From: a virus
Taxonomy: Duplodnaviria > Caudoviricetes
Virus record (IMG/VR): IMGVR_UViG_3300044641_001300
Coordinates: 1 to 58,348 of that record
Direction: 5' to 3' (one strand)
Length of the DNA stretch: 58,348 bases
Shown: piece by piece, positions 19,937-27,307 of the stretch
How positions within the stretch are numbered: position 1 is the stretch's first letter
How the letters are laid out: each line of letters opens with the position of its first letter
Translations under genes and position numbers: made by a program
The notes under the pieces: generated by a model
The model's input: the letters and a program-made list of their open reading frames with translations, nothing else
What the model was told of the DNA's origin: nothing
The model's database searches: none

Positions 19937-20133
19937 TACGCACCAACCAAAAAGAATAAATCAAATCCTGAACCAAGAACATTTTCTGCCGTCTGTTTAG
20001 ATGTTAAAGCACTACTAACCGCGGTTGATAATAAAGTAGTATTAGTTGAAGCCTCGGTTGTTGCAACTTCTAAATCTGTTAATAAAGTATTCGCTGTGTT
20101 GTATCGGGCAATGGGTACATACGGCTCAGCCAT
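19936..20133 (-). CDS. Small structural protein
   Basis: 65 aa coupled ORF ending FFLVGA. Confidence 0.5.
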   Translation of the reverse strand: MAEPYVPIARYNTANTLLTDLEVATTEASTNTTLLSTAVSSALTSKQTAENVLGSGFDLFFLVGA

Positions 20134-20134
20134 T

Positions 20135-20680
20135 TTAGACTCCCATCATCATCAACTGGTTAGTGTTGTAATTGGCTAAAGCGGCGGCGGCTGAGGCGGC
20201 GGCTGAGGCGTGAGAATTAGCATCATCGGCTTTTTCATCTGCGTCTACAACTAGAACACGGATAGTCTCAGAAGTGTTGTAACGGGTCAATAGAGCCTGA
20301 TAAGCGTCCACAGATACAAAAGCGGCGGCATCTGCCGCATCCAAGGCTGGAAGAAGGTCAGCAAGATTTTGAGTGGTACCTGCTACCGATAGCGGTAGCG
20401 CCAATTCAATCGTGCGTCCGCCCGTGAAATTCTCTTCAAAAGTATAAATAAAAGGTTGAGGTGTTACATCTGTATCGCTAGTTACAGGAAGGACAACAGT
20501 AAAAGAACCCGTGGCATCAAAAGTTTTTTGTATTACAACAGGCATGATAATAAAATTCTGCGTAACTTCTTTTAGAATCGTTTGCGGGGTGATATTGATT
20601 GAGCCACGAACAGGGTTACCGCTCAAATCTACATAAGTCCCAACAACCGTACAGGTAGATAATGTTGTCGGTAGAGCCAT
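20135..20680 (-). CDS. Structural protein (paralogue of 19259-19936)
   Basis: See paralogue. Confidence 0.6.
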   Translation of the reverse strand: MALPTTLSTCTVVGTYVDLSGNPVRGSINITPQTILKEVTQNFIIMPVVIQKTFDATGSFTVVLPVTSDTDVTPQPFIYTFEENFTGGRTIELALPLSVAGTTQNLADLLPALDAADAAAFVSVDAYQALLTRYNTSETIRVLVVDADEKADDANSHASAAASAAAALANYNTNQLMMMGV

Positions 20681-20683
20681 TTA

Positions 20684-20956
20684 TCATGCGCCTTGGCGAA
20701 GGATATTTACAGTCTGTGTTGATGTAGTGACAACGGCATAGAGTTTTTCATCGTCTTGAAGTTCTACCGAGAAACTAATACCTGCGCCTAGCAAAAATCC
20801 ATAACTTGTTGTGGTGACGCCTTCTCCGCCTAGGTAGACATCTACTCCACCTGCGGGGTTTTGAACATTGATGGTCTGACCGTCTTTGCCATCATAATCT
20901 GAAGTTAGTTTAGTTGCAGTAGTTCCTACTGAAACTCTTTGGTGTGATACAGCCAT
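20684..20956 (-). CDS. Small beta-rich structural protein
   Basis: 90 aa, VQN.....VYLGG..VTT..YG motif. Confidence 0.55.
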   Translation of the reverse strand: MAVSHQRVSVGTTATKLTSDYDGKDGQTINVQNPAGGVDVYLGGEGVTTTSYGFLLGAGISFSVELQDDEKLYAVVTTSTQTVNILRQGA

Positions 20957-20965
20957 ATAAACTCC

Positions 20966-21008
20966 TAAGAAAGAGAAGGGCGACCCATTTTAGCGAATCG
21001 CCCTCCGT
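20966..21008 (-). terminator. Intrinsic terminator
   Basis: GGAGGGCGATTC-loop-GGGTCGCCCTTC followed by TCTTTCTT on the minus strand. Confidence 0.65.
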
Positions 21009-21009
21009 G

Positions 21010-21213
21010 CTATTTAGCGACTTCTTTTGTTTTCTTTGTAACCTTTGGCTTTTCAGCCTGTTTTTTTTCTTCTAAAACTACATCTTCAATCAGTTTGATA
21101 TAGCGATTTGAGACAAGGTTTTTTGTATGACGCCATCCTGAGACATCAACGATGTCCCCAGGCTTAAGAGTCTTACCGTCTGAAATCATTACCTTCATAA
21201 CTGTGGCTTTCAT
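21010..21213 (-). CDS. Small basic virion-associated protein
   Basis: MKATVMK...LKPGDIVDV, Lys-rich tail. Confidence 0.5.
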   Translation of the reverse strand: MKATVMKVMISDGKTLKPGDIVDVSGWRHTKNLVSNRYIKLIEDVVLEEKKQAEKPKVTKKTKEVAK

Positions 21214-21214
21214 A

Positions 21215-21559
21215 TTACGCAGTTGTATCAATCCAGCAGTATGAGAAGGTTGCTGACGCTTGGTCAATACTTCCTGCTGTTGGGTTGTAGATATAGATGG
21301 TTACTGTGTCTGCCGCTGTTACTGCGGCTCCAGCGAAGATTAAATCATCGTTGAGAGTTGAAGGTGGATTTACAATAATGATGTCAGTTGTAGCCGCACC
21401 AGTTAGTGTAAAGGTTGTTGCACCTCTTGTTGTTGCTCCTAATGAAGTAGGGTCGATTGCTACTGTGCCGAACTCAATACCGTAAACAGTATCGTTGTCG
21501 CCAATTTGTAGTGCGCCGACTGCCGCTTCACCGCGAGTAAGTCTATTTACCTGTGGCAT
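21215..21559 (-). CDS. Capsid decoration/fibre-like protein
   Basis: 114 aa immediately after the major capsid gene. Confidence 0.55.
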   Translation of the reverse strand: MPQVNRLTRGEAAVGALQIGDNDTVYGIEFGTVAIDPTSLGATTRGATTFTLTGAATTDIIIVNPPSTLNDDLIFAGAAVTAADTVTIYIYNPTAGSIDQASATFSYCWIDTTA

Positions 21560-21588
21560 TTATTTTCCTTTTCTAAAATTAGATTTAT

Positions 21589-21628
21589 TAAGAAAGAAAG
21601 GGAGAGCCAATTAAGACTCTCCCTCCCT
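21589..21628 (-). terminator. Intrinsic terminator after the major capsid gene
   Basis: GGGAGAGTC-TTAATT-GGCTCTCCC then TTTCTTTCTT. Confidence 0.75.
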
Positions 21629-21638
21629 TTTAACTTAA

Positions 21639-22616
21639 TTAAGCGACGATTGTATTCCAGAAATAACCTAGGTCAGACGCAATAACCTTGTTATCGAAAG
21701 CCATTTCTGCTTCCACGCGGTCTGACTTGATTGATTCCATACGGAACTGTGAAGTTCCGATAGTTGCACCTAGTCCGCCTGAAACACCTGTCCATGAGAA
21801 CTGGTATCCAGCAGAAGGTGTAAGTAGTCCTGGCTGTGGAGCAACATGGGTTAGTAGAGCGCCCTTGCCATAAGCAAAGCCGTATGCCTCTGTGGCACCC
21901 TCGTTGTTTGTAGCCTTAACTGCCTTTGCAACCATTACGCGAGGAATGTCAAACATTGCCGCGAGCATATCGGTTGTAATTGTCTGTGAAGATGTGTACT
22001 TGATACGGTCTACCAAGTCAGGGTGATTCTTTAACTGACGGAATGTTTCGTAGCCAAGTACAAGAGTATTGGCTTCCATTCCTGTGTTTCCAAGAATCTC
22101 GCTCTTTCCCGCTTCAATATCATTGATTGGGTCAGATGAAGTGTAATCACTCCATTGCTTTGTTTCTCCTGCTGATGGAGCGCCAGCAACACCTGTTACA
22201 TCGTCAGCCCATACACCTGTTGTGAAGAAATCAGTTACAAACTGAAGTTCACGACGAAGTAGTAGACGGCGAGTAACGAACTCTGTTGCCTCACGAAGAG
22301 GGTTTAGAGGAGCGTCTGCGTTAGCAACAGTTTGGTCATCAACATCCTTGTGGAAAGCATATACATCTGTTGAGTATGTTGCTGTTGATAGATTGTAACC
22401 GCCACCAGCAGATTCAGTTCCAGGCGCACGGCGTTGAGCCTCATCGCGGAACCAATCGTTCTTGGTGTATAGGAAGTATTTATCGCTCTTCTTATCGACA
22501 GGGATTACTGGGAATACCTTGTCAGCGATAAAGTTATCTTGGTTCTGTAAATAAGCAACCGAGATGTTTGTGAGAATCGCGTCCACATGGACGGAGTTAA
22601 TATGTGGCTGTGGCAT
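21639..22616 (-). CDS. Major capsid protein (lambda gpE-like family, HK97 fold)
   Basis: HVDAILTNISVAY.Q..FIADKVFP.IPV, PSAGY.F.W motifs; follows scaffold and cement genes. Confidence 0.92.
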   Translation of the reverse strand: MPQPHINSVHVDAILTNISVAYLQNQDNFIADKVFPVIPVDKKSDKYFLYTKNDWFRDEAQRRAPGTESAGGGYNLSTATYSTDVYAFHKDVDDQTVANADAPLNPLREATEFVTRRLLLRRELQFVTDFFTTGVWADDVTGVAGAPSAGETKQWSDYTSSDPINDIEAGKSEILGNTGMEANTLVLGYETFRQLKNHPDLVDRIKYTSSQTITTDMLAAMFDIPRVMVAKAVKATNNEGATEAYGFAYGKGALLTHVAPQPGLLTPSAGYQFSWTGVSGGLGATIGTSQFRMESIKSDRVEAEMAFDNKVIASDLGYFWNTIVA

Positions 22617-22629
22617 TTATTTTTCCCCC

Positions 22630-23025
22630 TTATGCCGCTCTGCCTGGATTAGCGCAGTTGATAACGGCTGTAACGATGTTTCCATCTGCCGCAGATTCGG
22701 TCAGAAGAGTTCCAACAACATACTTAGTGGTATCAGTACCAGCAACTAAGGCAACTGCCTTACCTGCGGCAGATGTACCAACAAGTGCGCCTTCGCCGAT
22801 TGCCGCTCCCGCAACAATCTTTGTTCCACCGACAATAAGCACTTCTGCTTCCTGTCCTGAAGTTGGAGCATTTTGTAGTACGCCAACTGGAATATCAGTA
22901 GCGCCTGATGCGGCAACTGCTTGTCCTGATGAATCCAATTTAACGAATGTGTACTGCTTTGTGGAAAGGTCGGCACCTGCAACGAGGGTGACCTTTACCG
23001 AGTAATTACTTATTTCATACGCCAT
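22630..23025 (-). CDS. Capsid cement/decoration protein (DUF2190-like)
   Basis: AGADLS.KQY.FVK, GVLQNAP.SG.EA.V. Confidence 0.8.
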   Translation of the reverse strand: MAYEISNYSVKVTLVAGADLSTKQYTFVKLDSSGQAVAASGATDIPVGVLQNAPTSGQEAEVLIVGGTKIVAGAAIGEGALVGTSAAGKAVALVAGTDTTKYVVGTLLTESAADGNIVTAVINCANPGRAA

Positions 23026-23027
23026 GG

Positions 23028-23861
23028 TTAGGCACCCTTCTCGGATAGGTATTGGCTATAAAGGTCAGGGTTTTTTGAAGCAACATCGGCAATGGCTTGT
23101 GCCATTGACTTTGATACACCCTCATCAACGGCAGACTTAGCAAGCGCAGTCATGCGCTCATAAGCATTGCCTGACTTGAAGTCCGCAGACTTGCCGATTT
23201 CTGCAAAAATTGATGCTGATTCAGCCTGAGCATTAACTGAAGAAAGAATTTCTTCAACACTCTTTGCTAGTTCTGAATCTGTCTCAGACAAGCGACGGAG
23301 CGCTGGTCCAACTTTTTCAGCATTGAGATTGAGATTTCCCCAACCCTTTGCCTTCTCTACTGATTGAGCATCAGCACGGGCAATACGCTCTTTACGAAGT
23401 TCAGCGGTTGCTTCCTCTGCTTGCTTTTTCAGGCTTGTAATCATTTTAACAACTGAGCGAGGAGCGGATTTCATATATTCCTCTTCCTCTTTTTCGGAAT
23501 CCATTTTCATGGTTTCTTCTTCAGGCTTCTTTGAGTCCTCGTCCATCGCCATTACAACTTCCTCTTCAGGCTTCATTTCCTTTTCGGCGAGTTTGGCTTC
23601 GAGTTCAGCGATACGGGCTTGCGCCATCGCTAATTCTTCCTCAACGGTTTTTTCAACCTTATCTTCAGTTGCCTCGGTAGTTTTCATATCCTCCATAGTG
23701 GAGTCCTCCTTGGTCAGCGATTTGTCGAGAACCCTCTGAACTTCAGATTCGGATGCTGACTTCATAACAAGCCAACCTTCATGTAAGTGCGCTGGATGGT
23801 CTACGCCACTCGTTTCCTCAATGGCAAGATTCACCATTTTGCGGGTACGGGGTTTTGCCAA
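23028..23861 (-). CDS. Capsid scaffolding protein
   Basis: Acidic coiled coil; N-terminal ETSGVDHPAH motif; upstream of cement and capsid genes. Confidence 0.8.
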   Translation of the reverse strand: MAKPRTRKMVNLAIEETSGVDHPAHLHEGWLVMKSASESEVQRVLDKSLTKEDSTMEDMKTTEATEDKVEKTVEEELAMAQARIAELEAKLAEKEMKPEEEVVMAMDEDSKKPEEETMKMDSEKEEEEYMKSAPRSVVKMITSLKKQAEEATAELRKERIARADAQSVEKAKGWGNLNLNAEKVGPALRRLSETDSELAKSVEEILSSVNAQAESASIFAEIGKSADFKSGNAYERMTALAKSAVDEGVSKSMAQAIADVASKNPDLYSQYLSEKGA

Positions 23862-23967
23862 TTTATGCTCCTAACAAACTAGAGGTAAGTTTTTTTAGCA
23901 TAGGGCTAATAAAACTAACCTCGGGTCTTGACACACGAAGAATACCATAGGTGTAATTCGAGCCTAT

Positions 23968-24234
23968 TTATTGGTTTGCTAAAACTCTCGTCTTAGCCAA
24001 GGCTTCGATTAGGTTTGGTGAAACCCACATTGAGAAGGGGTTTTCGTCAGCCCAAAATCGAGCCAACCTAAAGTGAAAGTCAGTTTGGTCTATTTTTGTC
24101 CAAACAAAAAATGCTTGGGAATCATTAGGTAGGTCTACTTGAATTCCTGCATACCCAGGCGGGGTTGAAACTCGATAAGAAGAAATGCCCATAGATTTAA
24201 GAACTTGCATTGTGTCATCTATAACGCTTGGCAT
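23968..24234 (-). CDS. Hypothetical protein
   Basis: MPSVIDD... start just after the stop of the frameshift extension. Confidence 0.55.
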   Translation of the reverse strand: MPSVIDDTMQVLKSMGISSYRVSTPPGYAGIQVDLPNDSQAFFVWTKIDQTDFHFRLARFWADENPFSMWVSPNLIEALAKTRVLANQ

Positions 24235-24239
24235 AAACC

Positions 24240-24452
24240 TTAATTCTTCTTCCTTGGATAATCCATTGTGTCCATCCATTTTGGGTCATCTGCGTCTAAC
24301 TCTTCGAACTCTTCTTCAGAGTCGTCTTTGTAAGGAACAAAATTTGGCTTTGAATTCTTAGGCTCTGAAGAATCTTCGCCTTCGGAATCATCCTCGCCAT
24401 TGCCTGAACCATGACTTGATTGGTCGTGGTCGCCGTGCTTTTCAAGTATTAC
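24240..24452 (-). CDS. -1 frame extension of 24449-24883 carrying the His tag and an acidic tail
   Basis: VILEKHGDHDQSSHGSGNGEDDSEGEDSSEPKNSKPNFVPYKDDSEEEFEELDADDPKWMDTMDYPRKKN*, entered at CTA-AAA-AAA-AAG-TAA. Confidence 0.8.
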   Translation of the reverse strand, partial: VILEKHGDHDQSSHGSGNGEDDSEGEDSSEPKNSKPNFVPYKDDSEEEFEELDADDPKWMDTMDYPRKKN

Positions 24453-24883
24453 TTTTTTTTTAGCGTTGCAACCTTGTGTCCAACTTTTGTATCTGTTGGC
24501 TTTCCATCACGATAAAGAACGATTAGCGCCGCAGGGTCATCCTCTGTGCCTTCAATTTCAAATGATGAATCAGGAACATTGATTTTTCCTGCGCGTTCAA
24601 TTCTTAAAATTTTACCTTCTGCTGTTCCGCCTGAAGCGTCCCAAGTAACCATATCTCCAACTGAAGCGCTCTTTTGAAACTCTTTTAGTTTGGCTTCTAC
24701 TGCCTTGTTAATCTCGCCACCCATCATACGCATTGCTCGCATAACTGTTGATTTTGCGTAACCACTAAGTCCTTTGAAACCGAACTTGCGAACATCTTCT
24801 TCAATCATCTTAAATTCATCTTCGTCCATACCAGCCAAAGGTCCCTTGCGAAGTTCCGCTAACATTCGTGAATCTTTTTTCAT
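24449..24883 (-). CDS. Protein with C-terminal HVA1/DUF2945-like Tudor domain
   Basis: VGDMV.W..SGG.A.GKI..I...G.I.VP...DDPA.LI...VGHK..TL. Confidence 0.6.
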   Translation of the reverse strand: MKKDSRMLAELRKGPLAGMDEDEFKMIEEDVRKFGFKGLSGYAKSTVMRAMRMMGGEINKAVEAKLKEFQKSASVGDMVTWDASGGTAEGKILRIERAGKINVPDSSFEIEGTEDDPAALIVLYRDGKPTDTKVGHKVATLKKK

Positions 24884-25611
24884 ACAGTCTCTTCCTTCTT
24901 GGGTTTTTTCTTTGACGGGGACATTATTGTATCAACATGAACATCGGACACAGTTGGGTCGTTCTTTTCTAAGTCTATATCAACGAATAAACGCTCGGCT
25001 TTACCACCGATTGAGTAGCCGCGAATCTTTCCGTCAGTAACCATACTCCATGCCCAAGGCTCCCAAATTACACCGAGGAATACGGTGTTGGGTGGGTATG
25101 TGTGTTCTAAATCTTCGCCTTCAGGTGTCTTGATTGGAACTGTTAGAGAATATGGGAAAGCCATAACTTCTACCCATTCTCCAGCAACTACATCTCGATT
25201 ATGTTGTAAACGGATACGGCGGTCATTACTTCGAACATAATCCCAAACCGCTCTTTGTAATTCTTCTGAATCTGTCCACTCTCCGTGAGCATCTTCCATA
25301 TCAGGGATATACATTGCTCCAAGCGTGTAACGCTTTTCGCCTTCGGCTTTCTGTAAGTCAAACTTACCTAAAGCCTTTGTTGCGCTTTCAGTAAAGACAT
25401 CAGGAAAAATCTGTCGGGCAACATCTTCGGTTACCTCTTGGAACTCACCTTCGCCTTGAGTCAAATAGCGCACTACATCAGCGTCGGGATTCTCAACCCA
25501 ACTCTTAGTACGAATATCCCATCTGTCCTCGACCATGGCTGTTTCCCCGCGCTCAAAACGATAAATGTTTATCGCTTGATTGTCTGCGCCTAGTTTTGCA
25601 AAATACCGCAT
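24880..25611 (-). CDS. XkdF-like prohead serine protease with an extra ~80 aa N-terminal domain
   Basis: KAE.EKRY.LG..Y.P..EDAHGE, LQH, W..V.DG.I.GYSIGG motifs; start MRYFAKL after SD GAGAGGAGG. Confidence 0.85.
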   Translation of the reverse strand: MRYFAKLGADNQAINIYRFERGETAMVEDRWDIRTKSWVENPDADVVRYLTQGEGEFQEVTEDVARQIFPDVFTESATKALGKFDLQKAEGEKRYTLGAMYIPDMEDAHGEWTDSEELQRAVWDYVRSNDRRIRLQHNRDVVAGEWVEVMAFPYSLTVPIKTPEGEDLEHTYPPNTVFLGVIWEPWAWSMVTDGKIRGYSIGGKAERLFVDIDLEKNDPTVSDVHVDTIMSPSKKKPKKEETV

Positions 25612-27107
25612 ACGGCTATACCTCCTCTCGTTATTGTCCACATAATATCAACCCCCGTTGATTTAGTCAATCCCGCTTGTTGTGCAGTCTCAAAAGTCTG
25701 TGTTACTAGCGTTCCAAGGGTCAATAGTTTGCCCATGTTGGCTGGACGAGGGATTGCCTTAGCCTTATCAACCATTCTGTCCCAAATGGCTTGGCGCTCT
25801 GTATTGTCTTTAGAAGTACGGTAAGTCTCATAGTCAGTATGTAAATCAACTTCCTTAACTCTATGAGAGTTTGGAGTGTGAAGTTGTAGTTCAACCTTTA
25901 CCCCGTCCTTGCTTATCTTGATATTGGTGCCGTCGTAAGGGTCACCTGCTTGCCAAAAGTTTTTAACCGATTCAACTTTCCAACCAGTTTTTTCTAAAGC
26001 GTCTACTGTCTTTTCAACGCCGTCTGTGTAATTCGCTTCATCAACATTAAGTGTGTAGCGGACACCATCAGAGATTGCTCTAGCCGCCGCTTCTCTATCT
26101 CCGCCGTGGTCTTTCTCGGCATCCGCATCAATCTTGCGAGCAAGAGAATCCGTAGACTTTAATCTTTGTTCAAGAGAACTCTTGCCATCTAGTTCAGCAA
26201 AATCAGCATCAATAGTTTTAGCAATGCCCTCCATCAAACTTGTAATTACTGGTTCTACTGCTTGGGCGTCTCTTCTAAGTCTTTCGGCTTCTTTAACCGC
26301 GGCAGGGCTTCGCTCTGCTGATGCTGGTTTATCAGGTGCCATAGCGGGGCGACCAGTCGAACCCTTATCTTCTCCAGCACTATCTCCGCCGTCCCGATTT
26401 CCATGGTCGGCTTGGTCGTGGTCTCCGTGTTTTTCCATTTCATTTTCATTTCGCTCCACCATTGATTCTGCCCAAGCGAATCCAGCATCTCCGCCCCAAG
26501 CATCCCAAGCAACTCTCCCACCGCTAGGAAAACCTTTTTCCCCACGGCTAAAGCCAAGCGCTGTTTTATCTCCTTGATGTCGAGAGAAAAAAGATTTCAT
26601 TCGCTTTAATGTTTCAATAGAAACACTTTCGCCTCGGGCTAATTGACCCGCTCTTGTTCTTCCAACTCTTGTAAATCCACCGCCAGCAAGTCCAGCATCA
26701 ATCCATTCGATTGCTCTTTGCGCCGCATCCCTTACTGATTGAGGAGGAGCAAAACTATCCTCGGCTTTTGCAACTGATTCAATCCGCATCTGATAGCCAT
26801 TGACGGTAAAGAAAGTTTTAATGTTGCCTACGGTCTCACCCGTGGACTTAATGACTTCTAGGACAGTCTCGGCTGGTAATCCAGCGATTGAGGTTAGGTC
26901 TACATCATCGATTGAATCTATAAGAATCTCGTACTTATCCCAGTCATCCTTTGGGCGTTCCATTTTGCGTCGAGCCATCTCATTGAGAACGGTGTGATGA
27001 ACCTCGATTTCAGCCGAGGAGGGAGACGCTGATTTATGGACATTCGCATGGAGCGCGAGTAGTTCCTCAGCGCTTAGATGAATTAGTTTGGGTGCAATAT
27101 CCGCCAT
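25590..27107 (-). CDS. Multidomain cargo protein with C-terminal RelA/SpoT-like nucleotidyltransferase
   Basis: RLKS.DSL.RKI, D.VRYT, KNFW, Y.G.N, ELQLHT..S synthetase motifs; central SFFSRH...AWDAWGGDAG..WA phage domain; KHGDHDQADHG tag before the synthetase. Confidence 0.8.
   Translation of the reverse strand: MADIAPKLIHLSAEELLALHANVHKSASPSSAEIEVHHTVLNEMARRKMERPKDDWDKYEILIDSIDDVDLTSIAGLPAETVLEVIKSTGETVGNIKTFFTVNGYQMRIESVAKAEDSFAPPQSVRDAAQRAIEWIDAGLAGGGFTRVGRTRAGQLARGESVSIETLKRMKSFFSRHQGDKTALGFSRGEKGFPSGGRVAWDAWGGDAGFAWAESMVERNENEMEKHGDHDQADHGNRDGGDSAGEDKGSTGRPAMAPDKPASAERSPAAVKEAERLRRDAQAVEPVITSLMEGIAKTIDADFAELDGKSSLEQRLKSTDSLARKIDADAEKDHGGDREAAARAISDGVRYTLNVDEANYTDGVEKTVDALEKTGWKVESVKNFWQAGDPYDGTNIKISKDGVKVELQLHTPNSHRVKEVDLHTDYETYRTSKDNTERQAIWDRMVDKAKAIPRPANMGKLLTLGTLVTQTFETAQQAGLTKSTGVDIMWTITRGGIAVCGILQN
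25642..25670 (-). promoter_or_regulatory. SigA-type promoter inside the 3' end of the RelA/SpoT gene
   Basis: TTGACT-17 nt (AAATCAACGGGGGTTGA)-TATTAT. Confidence 0.7.
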
Positions 27108-27132
27108 GTTCTAAGAGTAGCGGATGGTATTA

Positions 27133-27288
27133 CTACTCGGGTTTATTTCCTTTAAGTATGGTTGAAATTTCATCCATAACCTTTGCCTCATCCTCATCGG
27201 AGGCACCAGTCTCAGAGGTGAACTTAACTCCCTCTTCCCACTTGGAGTAAGCCTCTTGGATGGCTTTTATTTTATCGCGTCTGCTCAT
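27133..27288 (-). CDS. 51-aa protein, leaderless; candidate immunity protein for the upstream GNAT domain
   Basis: MSRRDKIKAIQEAYSKWEEGVKFTSETGASDEDEAKVMDEISTILKGNKPE*; TATAAT 6 nt before the ATG; not in the ORF track. Confidence 0.65.
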   Translation of the reverse strand: MSRRDKIKAIQEAYSKWEEGVKFTSETGASDEDEAKVMDEISTILKGNKPE

Positions 27289-27307
27289 AGTTTAATTATA
27301 CCCCCGT

